From positions 1-49,806 of the forward strand of contig NW_021834338.1 of NCBI RefSeq assembly GCF_006345805.1: a DNA stretch of 49,806 nt, read 5' to 3'. Numbering within the stretch: the first letter of the stretch is position 1; each line of letters begins with the position of its first letter. Under the pieces are notes generated by a model. The model was not told the origin of the DNA. It did no database searches and saw nothing but the letters and a program-made list of their open reading frames with translations. Origin of the DNA: Octopus sinensis. Taxonomy: Eukaryota. Shown piece by piece: positions 12,601-25,093 of the stretch. The translations under genes and the position numbers were made by a program.

Positions 12601-12630
<30 letters not shown>
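12556..12630. repeat. (ATAC)n microsatellite
   Basis: Seen directly. Confidence 0.95.
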
Positions 12631-12631
<1 letters not shown>

Positions 12632-12844
12632 TTCTATGCATACATAGATGAATGCATATTTACACAAACACACAAACACACATATACGTACATACGTACA
12701 TTCATACATAAATACATTCATACAAAAATGTAGACATCTATGGATCTTTGATAGAAATGTTGCCCCTTCAGTGCCCAAGATACACTTTCAGATGCGTGTC
12801 TTGTATGTGTGTATATTTGTGTCTCGTATGTGCGTGTATTTGTA

Positions 12845-13052
12845 TGTGTATTTGTCCCTCCGACATCGCTTGACAACCGATACTGGTGTGTTTACGTCCC
12901 CGTAACTTAGCACTTCAGTAAAAGAGTCGAATACTACTATTTGTAAGTACTAGACTTACAACTTATAATTCCTGAGGTCGATTTGCTCGACTAAAGCCGG
13001 TGCTCGAGTATGACCGCAGTCAAATGACTGAAACAAATAAACGAATAAAAGA
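12845..13052 (+). mobile_element. SINE 3' half with a LINE-like tail
   Basis: catcgcttgacaaccgatactggtgtgtttacgtccccgtaacttagc...gccggtgctcgagtatgaccgcagtcaaatgactgaaac. The last ~45 nt align with the 3' tails of LINE copies A-D in this window. Confidence 0.8.
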
Positions 13053-13077
13053 ATTATTACAGCAATAAGATGCATAC

Positions 13078-13254
13078 CAACCCGTCTGGAGCAATGTATG
13101 GTTGAACTTGAAATCTTGCTTTGAGGATGCAAATCCTTCTGGATCACTGCAAAATAATCTGAAAGACCTTCCTAGGGTATACAGGATGACGGTGAAATCA
13201 AGATACTTTCCATCACAATCTCCATACCAAGTTGGTGGCCGGTCAAATCTTAGT
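13078..13254 (-). CDS. Candidate internal coding exon of an unidentified host gene (58 full codons)
   Basis: Strong acceptor tgttttctttctcttttcaaattag| and donor TG|gtatgc. Length 177 nt, symmetric phase 2-2, only one open frame: LRFDRPPTWYGDCDGKYLDFTVILYTLGRSFRLFCSDPEGFASSKQDFKFNHTLLQTG. Non-repetitive composition. Protein family not recognised. Confidence 0.45.
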
Positions 13255-13599
13255 CTAATTTGAAAAGAGAAAGAAAACATACATAAATGAATACATCCAT
13301 ACCTGAATACACATATCGTTGCAATATTTGATTACATATAAGAATTCCAAATACATTCGGATGTTGTCTTTCGAAAATGGAAACGAGTTCCCATGAATGA
13401 CTAAATATAATTTTATATTCCTCGGTTAGAATTTATTCGAAATTTGATGAGTAAAATTGCTTATATTCATAATACCTCTTTATGAAAAACACAAACGGAT
13501 ATATTTCTTGCTTTCATATTATCATTTTGCTAAATTGATATAAAGAAGGAAACCTGCGGGTGAGAAAATTGTATGCTGAAGAACACCAAGATGTATATA

Positions 13600-13701
13600 C
13601 ATGATTGCATGCATACATGCATTCATATATACATACATGCATACATATATAATATATTCATATACATATCTATGTTTGTATGCATGTATATATAATATAC
13701 G

Positions 13702-13752
<51 letters not shown>

Positions 13753-13871
13753 TATACATGTATATATATATTATGTATATATATATATGTATATATGCAT
13801 ATATATATGTATATGCATATATGTGTATATATATATGTACATATGTATATATATATATGTATATATCTATG

Positions 13872-13903
<32 letters not shown>

Positions 13904-13930
13904 GGTGTGTGTTTATGTGTGTGTGTGTGA
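13600..13930. repeat. (TA)n/(TG)n compound microsatellite
   Basis: Seen directly. Confidence 0.93.
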
Positions 13931-14577
13931 AGAAAATATGTCTCACTTAATGTTACACCATTTTGTTTGAATCACGGGAAAAAACATTTATCAGCGTATT
14001 GATTAAGTTTTGGTTTTGTTCTTGGTTTGGTTAATATAACCACCATAAGCTGCGATATTGTTTAGTATGTAAACAGATATCGAGACAATATATAATGCTG
14101 TTTTAATCTGTAGATGGATAACTGGTGTGTTTCTCTTTTTGGTAAATAGAACAAAGCCATGCTTCCACATCAGCTAACTTAGTTAAAGCCTCTTAAATAA
14201 GTAAATGTTGATTTATCTACCTTACTCGTTTATTCATGTTTCAGTTATTTTGAATGAAGCAGTGTTCTACAAAAATATATATTAGCTTCAATGCAACGTC
14301 GCATATAAATTTTTCAGTTTATCTGCAATCGAGGACGGCCTTTCAAATTATATCCTACGAAGTTGCTGCTATATAGAGGGATATCGATTCAAATACCTTG
14401 TGCAATAATTTAACAATGGTTCATTTCTTATGAGGTACTCAATAAAATGTCCGTTTACTTCAGTGACAATTTTTATTTTAAGATTTCCTCTTTTGCCTAA
14501 CCTCCATCGCGCAATTAGAGCTAAGCATTTCTCTTTCTCTCTCGTTCTCTGTCTTCATGTCTTTCTCTCTCACTGTA

Positions 14578-14623
<46 letters not shown>

Positions 14624-14664
14624 CTATTTGGATACATATCTGTCTGGATATGCATACTGAAATA

Positions 14665-16975
14665 TGTTGTAATACGGGTGGGATACTCCACTACGGTGGA
14701 GTTGCAGTGTATATACGAGAAGACCTCACGCCACTTGTCATGCTCTCATTGAAATTCAGTACGTGAAACTGTATCCTTAAATTGTATAAAGAAAACACAT
14801 TTGTTATTATTTCTACTATATATGGCCCAATTGATTATCCAAATCACACGGCCACGTAAAAGCAGGAGCTCTCACGAAGCTGGAGCAACACAACAGTGTA
14901 TTCCTTTTGGGTAACTTCAACTTCCGTAAAGTGGGATGACCCGAGCGAATAGCCCTCTGAAGATTGACACAGGCGCTTGTGGTCCCCTGCTCAACCTTGC
15001 CAATAATTCATTCATTGAAAGCTCCAACCAACCAGGGCAAATAATATGCTATATTTCTGATTCACAAACAATATGGGCATCATTCCCTATGTGACCATAC
15101 ACTAGTACCGTATCACAACATGATGGAGCTCTCTATATACACCTGCAAACATACAGTGTATACAAAGCACACAACATATCTCCAGTCCAAACTTTCATAA
15201 AGCTGACTGGAAATCAACCGAGAAAGAGATTCTCGAACAGGGTTCACCTATTTCTCCCTCCACATTTGATATTGTCAGGAAACATAAATGTTCCTAACGC
15301 CAGCCAAATCCATACCAGAGCAATAGGCCAAAACACATAAGAACAAATTCCTTAGGGTGAGTAAAATTCTTAAGAGACGACGGACAAAAAGGTTGCAAAC
15401 CGCCTGAACAAACCTCTTAAAGGCAGAAAGAGGTCACACCTGTAAACAATATTGTTGGAGCTTGCATCAATCATGCAAACTATCTCTTTCAGAACCATGC
15501 AGATTTTTGTTTCTTTTTAGAGTTTGCTTGCAACTTGTGAGCTCCCAAACAAATTGATGGAAAAAATAACAAGCCCTATCCACAAAGGGGGAAAGTAAAT
15601 ACAATAATTTATAGGTCTCTCTCTCTTTCCCTCTCTCTTTATCTATCTAGCTATATATCTATCTACCTCTGATTTCATACATCAGCAAAGACATGGAACG
15701 AATAGCCTGCAGATAACTGTGTTCTTTGAAGAGAGGACATTGCTGACTGACACCCATCACGGTTTTCGTCCAGGTAGACACTGTCAGACCTCTTACATCA
15801 CTACGAATAGGTGTTAAATCAGTTGCTCAACAACTCATACGTAGACATGATATATCTCGACTTTCCAAAATCCTTTGATAAATTTTGTGATGAGTCACAG
15901 AGTGAGTTATTTTGCCCTAATCGGAAAATTTGGGGAGTGGTTATACATCTTTCTAAAAGTCAGGCAATAGTGACCAATGGAGCCACCCCAAAGGAAACAC
16001 AACAGTGAAAGATATTCCACAGGGCACTGTTTTAGGGCCATTGCTATTCATAGCATCCTTCTTAGACATCCCCTCACCTGCTCAGACACAAAAGTCTCTC
16101 GGACGGTACAGCACCATGGAAATATGGCGCACTTACAACGAGAGCTGAACGAAGTAGGACGAGGACAATAACATGCAGTTTAATGCTGGAAAATGTCAAT
16201 GCCTGCACTACCAGCAGTAAAAGGCTGAACGAAATGCAGACGTGATACACAGGCTCAGTAGGAATTGCAATCTCTGTGTCAAAATCTATTTGTGACTTGG
16301 GCAGTGACATAAGTAATGACGCATCTTTCCAAGTTGGCAAAACGATTCAGATGGCTAACCGGTAAACATGATGGTCTGGTGAAGCACATACATCCTCAGC
16401 CGCTTACAATACTCTTCCCTACTATGGATATCATACAGTGTAAAATTAACGACAGAACTACGCAAAGAAAATCATCTCAATGCAACAAAAGAGCTACTGC
16501 GAAAGATTGAAAACGTTAAGACTCTCTTCACTCCAACGAAGGCGGGAAAGGTATGCAAGGATACACGTCTTGATGGTCGTGCAAGGATCTTGTCCCAATC
16601 TCTGGCATTGTAAGTTCCACAAATTACAGAATGGGCGCCACTGCATAGAACCATGGATTACAATATTATCTTCAAGATACAGACCAAATACTGGCACACC
16701 TTGGGTTTCAAGGGCCTGCAGTTGTTTAATATCATTCCAGAAAGCCTGAAAGACTTACATGGCTTGGATGTAGGTTTGTTGAAACGAAAACTGCATTTCC
16801 AACTGTCAAAGACTACGCATGCACCTACGTGGAAGGGAACATGGATAAGGCCAACAGCATCAATGTTCCTCATTTACCAAATGTCATATATCAGAGGTTT
16901 CAAAGAGTGAAGATGTAGTGGAACCACAGTTGATGCCCCAGCATGACCGCAGTTTTCAAGCTGAAACTCGATAAA
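14665..16975 (+). mobile_element. Older, heavily decayed CR1-group LINE copy D
   Basis: ggtggagttgcagtgtatatacgagaagac = GGVAVYIRED, FLLGNFNF, PTRANNML, PIHKGG, HGFRPG, YLDFPKSFDK, YCERLKTLRLSSLQRRRERY; tail gccccagcatgaccgcagttttcaagctgaaactcgat. Many indels. Confidence 0.88.
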
Positions 16976-16988
16976 GAGTTAAAGATTT

Positions 16989-17030
<42 letters not shown>

Positions 17031-17974
17031 ACTCGCACACACACATATATATATATATATGTGTGTATATGTGATTGTAAGTTTGTATAGATATATATAT
17101 AGAGAGAGATAGACAAATGTGTGAGAGAAAGTGATGGAATCTATATTTTATTCAATTTTAATCGGGAATTGCGCAGACATTGTACACATTAATATTCCTA
17201 GTTTGAAACGATCCAGTTAAAACACCATCGCTCAATGTCACGCACCACAAAAAGGATTTTAATTTTTTCATTTTTCTTCTTCTTATTCAGATATAAATCA
17301 ACTTATAATCGCCCACTTCTTTCCTCTGGCCAGTAATATTTTGCATTAAACAATATCTTTTATAAACTAGAATCAAAACCATGATGCGAAATCCACTGTC
17401 CTAGGGGTAAACTCTCCTAAAAATTGGTTGCTCGTATCGACCCTTCGGAAAATATTAATCAGAGATAAAGCATACCATATTTTATTTCAACCATTGATAC
17501 ATTCTGACGAACTAGTAATTCAGCGGCATAGGAAATTACTGTGAACTTCAGCGAAGTTATATCTTTATAAAAGATCTTTTCTGGAAATGTGAAAATAAAT
17601 GGGGAACTATAGTAGACTCATACTTACAAAAAGAACCATTTCTTTTATCATTTAGAAATTTGGTATTAGATAATGTACGGTTCAAAGAAATTCGTTCAAA
17701 ATATCAAATGGTAGAACGATAAGTAATTTCATACGTCACGCAACTGATCTAGAAATTTTCATCAGATTGTACAATAATATATACTAAATGAGATCAGCCA
17801 CATTACTGATAACAAGGGCTTACTATTGAATGTAAAAAAGAAAGAGCTTTTGAATTATCCTTATATATCTACACGTACACACATATGCAGGGTAACACAC
17901 ACATTAATTCTATATGTACGAATGCTAGCACGTAACTATCTATCACCAATTTATCAAGCTATCTGTCTCTCTCT

Positions 17975-18013
17975 ACGTATCTATATATATACATATATAT
18001 GTATATATACGTG

Positions 18014-18091
<78 letters not shown>

Positions 18092-18157
18092 ATATATAAA
18101 TTCATATCTCTGTGTAAAGGCGTGAATACCAAATATATTTTACACTCTCATATCGAC

Positions 18158-18191
<34 letters not shown>

Positions 18192-18212
18192 TATATATAT
18201 ATATATATGTGT

Positions 18213-18251
<39 letters not shown>

Positions 18252-18270
18252 GTATATATATATACACACG
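17975..18270. repeat. (TA)n/(TG)n tracts
   Basis: Seen directly. Confidence 0.9.
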
Positions 18271-18779
18271 CAACCATTTTCAGATATTATGAAAGTAAGT
18301 TTGCAATAATGTATATATATGTGTCCGGGCGTGTGTGAGTGTGTGTGTGTATTAATCTACAAAGATAAAAATAGCTGCATTAATAGTTTTATAAAACATT
18401 GCAGCCATTCACTAATATATATATTTATCAACTATTTCTCAGTTAACAACAAACCCGAAGTAACTCGCATATGTGTTATGAGATTTGAAATATCAATCAC
18501 AAATAATACTGATTCGTTTGCCTATCTACTACAGTAAAAGCTCTCACGTAACCTATATACATAATTATTAAGTATTATCAACGTACTTTTATAAAATATG
18601 TTTAGTAAGATTTTCTTTGATGTTGTAAACGAAAAACTTCGATATTTATATTACAGAATCATATATATTCTCCCTGTTTCTATCTCTATGCCACTTATAT
18701 TCCCTCTTCACATACATACATACGTACAAGTACACATATATATTTATACACACACATATATGCACAAACACACTACGGA

Positions 18780-18792
18780 TATATGTATAGAT

Positions 18793-18851
<59 letters not shown>

Positions 18852-18876
18852 TATATATATATATAGATACAAATAG

Positions 18877-18926
<50 letters not shown>

Positions 18927-19025
18927 ATGTATGTGTATGACATATTTCAAATGTATGCGTCACAATGCGTTATATCTGATATATATATATATATATATAT
19001 AGGGAGAGAGAGAGAGAGAGAGAAT
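18780..19025. repeat. (TA)n/(TG)n/(GA)n tracts
   Basis: Seen directly. Confidence 0.9.
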
Positions 19026-19419
19026 TAATATACTTATGTGTGTGTGAAATGGAGAAGTAGTAAACAAGATTTTTCTCGGGAAAAGTAATATACTCGCATT
19101 ATCGTTAAAGATTATATGCGAACGAATAGGCAAAATTTTAATAGAAATCGGGAATAATTTATTGTCTTAATCACATTGTTACACGTAGGCATTCAAGAAG
19201 GCATCTAATGGAAAGCATCCTGATGCACGCGAGCGTAACACCAATCTGGCATTAAAGAATGGGTGTTACATAATTGATAATTGTAATAAATAGGATGTAA
19301 ACTAAATCGGAAACTTAGTTTTCTGTGATGAAAAATGATATATTTCATATATCTGTAATATTTGTGTCTTTGTGTGTGTATGTCTTCCTGTGTGTGTGTG
19401 TTATGTTTTTATATCACCG

Positions 19420-20085
19420 GGAAAAAAGTGCTTTTTTCCGAACGCGGAAGCAAATGGAGCTTTGGGCAGAAGGAGCTGATGTCATGAGACGGTGTTCAAC
19501 GTTTATCGAGTGTTTTCCCACTAAACCGTAACATCCTCCCGTTGGTGGATCAGTAGACGTGACCTCATCACTGCTCCTCAATTCTGCCTGGCTTCCAGAT
19601 TAACTCCTCTCTCTTACTCTCTTACTAGAGGCTTTTTCTGCTGCCTCTCCCATTCTGTGTGGAGCCACGCTTCCCTTCTTTCCTTCTAATGGCTGTAAGC
19701 ATCCTCCATACCGACTGGAGAGGGAACCTTCTATAACCAACATCGACTGGGAAAAGCCATAACTACCATTTTGTGCTCCCTTCAAACCTGCAGACGATTC
19801 TCATACTTGAAACGCTTCAGTTCGTGGGCCTGATGACACCCTTCTTCCTACGGGTCTGAGAGCTCAATCAAAATAATTTTCTTGGTCGTTTCGGGCCACA
19901 GAACCACTGTTGTGCAGAAATATCTCGTCATCTGTTTCGACAGTATTTAGCAAGGATCCGTTTACCTTCATGCTTTCTCTCCCACTTGCTATACCGAAAT
20001 TTAAAGATGGTTCCGGGATCGCCCCCTTGCGCTTGATTTCAATCGGAATAATCTTATTCTTCAAGAATCCACTTTGCATAAACAA
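19420..20085 (-). pseudogene. Possible decayed coding sequence (~220 codons, 3 internal stops) of unknown origin
   Basis: ORFs 19864..20085 and 19600..19785 are in one frame, which continues to ~19420 with only TGA, TGA and TAA interruptions. The island is non-repetitive and GC-richer than its flanks. No family recognised. Confidence 0.3.
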
Positions 20086-20686
20086 ATGAATTTACAACAA
20101 ACCAATGGTTATTTTTTTATTATTTAAAATCATCGTTGGCCTTCTGCTGAAATATTTTCTCATGTCCATGTATAACGCAAAGCATTATCGTTCCTTCCAA
20201 AAGCAATGCAAGATGATGAAATATGACATCATACGTTCAGCAGTGATACTATTCTTGCGTCATGTTTTAAGCAAACTATTTCATATGCACACAAAATTTT
20301 AACTGCCCAGAAGAATTAAACTCTTAAATTAAAGGAATTCTTAACTCTTACTGCATAATGGATCAGGATTAAAAGAAATTGCATCGAAATGGCTCCACCT
20401 TCCGCTTAGTAAAACGTAATATTGGTTACAGTCTCATTCTCGTCTTCCCTGTTTGCTGCTGGTTTAATGGTTCTCTCTTTACAAAACAACTGAGTGCAGT
20501 CGCGTTGGAAAGTTCGTTGAATTCGTACTGCAGAATTGTTTTTTTTATGCGCTTCAAACGACTGTTTAACTATATATATATATATATATATGAACATATA
20601 TATAATCTGTAATATATATATATATATAATCATGAGTGTGTGTGCATTGATACATGTATATTTCATCTGTATTTCATATATAATAT

Positions 20687-20722
<36 letters not shown>

Positions 20723-20949
20723 ATAGATAGACAGACAGACAAACAGACAGAGATGTGTGTTTGTGTACGCATAAATATGTATATATAAATACATACATAT
20801 ACAGAGAAACACTCATAAGCACGCACACCTTTATGTGTATGTAGCCTCAGAGCTCTGGATTTATATATTTGAAAGCCTTTAGCCGTCGTTATTGAAATGG
20901 TGTGAAAACATCTAAGTAAACAGATGAATAATTGGGAATTTTCTTACAG

Positions 20950-21041
20950 GTATGGTTCATGGTAATTGTGCCTCCTCAAAGAAGATGTCCCATTATTCTT
21001 TGGTTATATATAGCGATTTAGGTCAAAAGATCTTTCTGTAG
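20950..21041 (+). other. Exon-like segment (92 nt), probably non-coding if real
   Basis: Acceptor ttttcttacag|G and donor ctgtag|gtgagt. All three frames contain a stop (one only at the final codon). Confidence 0.3.
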
Positions 21042-21162
21042 GTGAGTAATGGTGGCGTTCCGTATCTTCTGAGAAACAATTAGCCCGAAATAGATCTCTA
21101 AGAGCATTGCCAATTATCTTCCTGTTTACTTTGAGAGCATTAAGATTCTTTCACAATATACG

Positions 21163-21179
21163 TAGATCTATCTATTTAT

Positions 21180-21275
<96 letters not shown>

Positions 21276-21347
21276 ATATCTATCTATCTGTATGTATGTA
21301 TGTCTGTCTGCATGTCTGTATATCTATCTATATATCCAATCTGTCTG

Positions 21348-21416
<69 letters not shown>

Positions 21417-21952
21417 TTATCTATCTATCTGTCTGTCTGTATGTATGTCTGTCTGCATGTCTGTATATCTATCTATCTATCTATCTATCTATCTACTATC
21501 TATCTATCTATCTATCTATCTGTCTGTCTGTATGTATGTCTGTCTGCATGTCTGTATATCTATCTATCTATCCATCTATCTATCTATCTACTATCTATCT
21601 ATCTATCTGTCTGTCTGTATGTATGTCTGTCTGCATGTCTGTATATCTATCTATCTGTATGTATGTATGTCTGTCTGCATGTCTGTATATCTATCTATCT
21701 GTATGTATGTATGTCTGTCTGCATGTCTGTATATCTATCTATCTATTTATCTATCTATCTATATATCCAATCTGTCTGTCTATCTATCTATCTATATATC
21801 TATCTATCTATATATCTATCTATCTATTTATCTATCTATCTATTTATCTATCTATCTATTATCTATCTATCTATTATCTATCTATCTATCATCTATCTAT
21901 CTATCATCTATCTATCTATCTGTATGTATGTATGTCTGTCTGCATGTCTGTA

Positions 21953-21991
<39 letters not shown>

Positions 21992-22000
21992 TAATCTATC
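21163..22000. repeat. (TATC)n satellite with a ~40-bp higher-order unit
   Basis: gcatgtctgtatatct occurs 7 times within TATC runs; source of the spurious 286-295 aa ORFs. Confidence 0.95.
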
Positions 22001-22299
22001 TTTCTGTCCGTCTGTGTCTGTCTGTCTCTGTGTTTGTCTATCTGTCTCTCCCTCTCTTTCTCTCTCACACTCACATAGAGTATGCCTTTCTCTACTGTGT
22101 CTGTGTGTGTATAAGTGTGTGTGTGTATTTGTGCGCGCGCGTGCGTGTATAACATTATGTGATTTTGTTTAAGTGAACGTGCATGAGTTCTGTGTAAATA
22201 TTACAATTGAACTCTCGGAAGATATTGTTTCTGCTAGCCCCTTCTCACATAAGAGTAATATACGGCTATATTTTAGAATTTTATAAACGATTGTTATCA

Positions 22300-22372
22300 T
22301 CATCATTATCATATCATCATCATCATCATCATCATCATTATTATTGTTGTTGTTGTTGTTATTATTATTATG
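22300..22372. repeat. Compound (CAT)n/(TGT)n/(TAT)n trinucleotide repeat
   Basis: Seen directly. Confidence 0.9.
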
Positions 22373-22931
22373 CTTTTCATGAGGTAATGATATAAACATT
22401 CATTCTGGCCTTCTTTCTGTCGATAGATCTGGCATTATGAACGCGTACGTTGTCTGAAGAATTTTAGAATTCTATTAGTTAGCGTGTGATGACTGTGTCC
22501 CGTGATCCAACACCGGACCTGTGATATTGGGAGGAAAAAGCTTTCCCCAAATAGGAGACGTAATCTTAATGCTTGCTGCATAATTGGCACCGCTAAATTT
22601 ACCTACTTGGTGTTAAATGACGTATTAAACCAAGCGACCAGTTTAGATATCCGCACAACTACGACAAGGCGAGAGCTGATCTCAGAAGGCAAACATCCGA
22701 AACGAACATCGCAAGACATCCAAGCTGATGATGTAACACTTCAGCTACTCAATATTTAGGACTGGTGTATTTTTTTTATTCTTCCAATCGAAATCGAAAG
22801 ACCGAAAAGTAATTTGACCACCCCGGTCAGACTTGAATGCAGAACGAAGGAAGTGTGTAGCTCTTTGTCCAGTCTATTAATCTAGTAATTAGACACAAAT
22901 GCATGTGGTCAGTATACTTCTCTGTGTAGAA

Positions 22932-23360
22932 CAATGATTCCCAGAAGGGGTCTCCGGAAGCCTGCTAGACCGCAAAGGTGTCGGTCCGTGAACAAAATTC
23001 AAATTTTCATGTGTATACAAGGTTGCCCAAAAGCAGGTTTACAATTATCGCGTAGGCATTTTCACTTTCTTTTCAAAGATTTTATTACATTTAAATTTCT
23101 ATCTTACAAACTGAAAATGAAGCTTGAAAAAATTAGCTAAATTAGCATAGGATATGTTTTCATTATTTATTTATAATTCAGATCTGAACTGTTAATATAT
23201 GAATTCGAAAGAGATGTTTGAATAACTGTAAACCTTCTTTTGGGCCGCCCTGTATATATAAGGATAAGCATATAAAAAGACGTCCGTAGGAAAACACATT
23301 TAAATGAAAATGTTTGGGAATCACTGTTGGAAACCACTGTAAAAAGGTTGAGAACCATTG
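22932..23360. mobile_element. hAT (Charlie-like) non-autonomous element, interrupted by a Tc1/mariner MITE
   Basis: Left end caatgattcccag; the right end read on the minus strand is caatggttctcaacc, typical of hAT MITE termini. The 8-bp flanks gtgtagaa / gcctagac match at 5/8 and fit the Charlie TCTAGA-type target. Confidence 0.6.
23018..23252. mobile_element. Tc1/mariner-type MITE (235 bp)
   Basis: 31-bp TIRs caaggttgcccaaaagcaggtttacaattat vs cagggcggcccaaaagaaggtttacagttat (26/31), with TA on both sides. Confidence 0.85.
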
Positions 23361-23539
23361 GCCTAGACCTACGAACGTATACACAATCAGTGTAAATTAT
23401 ACAAATTTATTACATTTTATAACTGCATTTACCAGTACATGAATGCTTATAAAGTCTTACAATGTTAAAGTAGTAGTTAAACAATTTTAAATATTTTCTG
23501 TTTTTTTTTTTTGCGTCAGACATTTATTCTATATCAGTA

Positions 23540-23581
<42 letters not shown>

Positions 23582-24398
23582 GTCACCTTCATCTACCTTT
23601 ATAAGTAGTATGTACATAAATTACATAAATTATCTCCCTCCCTCTTTCTCTACTTGTGTATATATGTGCGTGTGTGTGTGTGTGTTTGGGTGTACGTGAC
23701 AGTGTTCCCGTGTTTATGCGTATATTTTTTGAGACGTATATACCTAAGTGGACTTGTACATGGTTTTATGAATTTACGAGCGACGATTTTTCTTCGTTAC
23801 GTAGTTTTGTATGACTGAAAGGTACATTCTAGTCGCAAACAATTAATTTTCCGGCGTCTTTTAGTCTAGCCATATTTTCGAAGCCATTCCTCACTAAAGT
23901 CTCAGATATGAACAAACAAATTTTCTGTTTAAGAAATGGAGAGATTTTTGGCGCCATTTTGTAGGTATTCTTCAGTGTTCATTGTTTCGTTAGAACAGAA
24001 ATAGAAATTCGAGTGAGCTTTGAAATGTCTTTCCTGTAAATATAAACGACAGACGTATTCCACTCCGATACGTTGTGAGACTGACAACATGTTCTCAAAG
24101 AGACAGACGCCACGATTTTTTGATTTTTGCAAATATCAGTGGATGTAAATGTGTGTATGTAAGTGCGTGTGTCTGTCCATGCGTGTATGCAGAAACATAC
24201 GTATAGACGTAAATATACACATAGAGATATCAACACGCGCAAGCGCACGTATGTACGTTCGCTAATATGTATATAGTCTTGGCGTCATGATGGAAGTCAA
24301 GATGTCAAGACACGTTCACTTTAATTTCCATATGTAACAGTATACATAAGTTCGTGCGTATGCGTATAAATTTTATGTGCCCCGTACATATACATACC

Positions 24399-24455
<57 letters not shown>

Positions 24456-25027
24456 GTATATATATATGTTTATTTAAATATATATATATGTATACATGTA
24501 TAAGCATACATATATACATACACATACAAACACATATATATATACGTACGTATGTGTATATATGCATATATACACACATACATACACAAACATACCTACA
24601 CACACACATACACACATATATATGAATACATTGCGCTGACTTATCTTTGCCACTTTAATTCCAAGTTTTCAACTGAAGTGCACAGAATCTTTGATATCAT
24701 TTAGTAAAATAACCAGTAAATGAAATACACCACCCATTGTCGAATTTCTGCACGTTATATCATGGTACATTTTAAGACGCCATTCGCAAATCATGTGTTC
24801 TACATAATTACAATAATACAAATTCATTACTGTTAGGTAAACACACAATATTCGCTCATCCGGCTTCGTCTCTCTTTATCACTTTTCTTTTCTTCATGAA
24901 ATAGTTAACCTGAATATATGCTTGCGTTGTCAAAATTACGTGGGCATTCATATATGATTCTCTTTCTTTTATCTCCCCATTTGACATTATCACATTCATT
25001 GAAATTATCTAATTTGCTTCACCATAG

Positions 25028-25072
25028 ACTGCCTGTACGAATAATTAGCATCAAGAAAGCTGAGCGTGTAAG
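25028..25072 (+). other. Exon-like segment (45 nt, one open frame LPVRIISIKKAERV)
   Basis: Branch-point-like ctaat, acceptor ttgcttcaccatag|, consensus donor aag|gtaagt; length is a multiple of 3. Confidence 0.3.
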
Positions 25073-25093
25073 GTAAGTGTTATTTATCAATTC

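Noticed and set aside
14226-14266. Minus-strand acceptor/donor pair
   Set aside because: Stop codons in all three frames and only moderate splice signals.
14684-14701. actccac-tacg-gtggagt hairpin with a UNCG tetraloop
   Set aside because: Only 7 bp and inside decayed LINE coding sequence; likely chance.
24276-24311. 11-bp G-U-containing hairpin sharing the 13-mer caagatgtcaaga with the 36555 hairpin
   Set aside because: Shared 13-mers are expected by chance in 50 kb of AT-rich DNA, and the flanks do not align.
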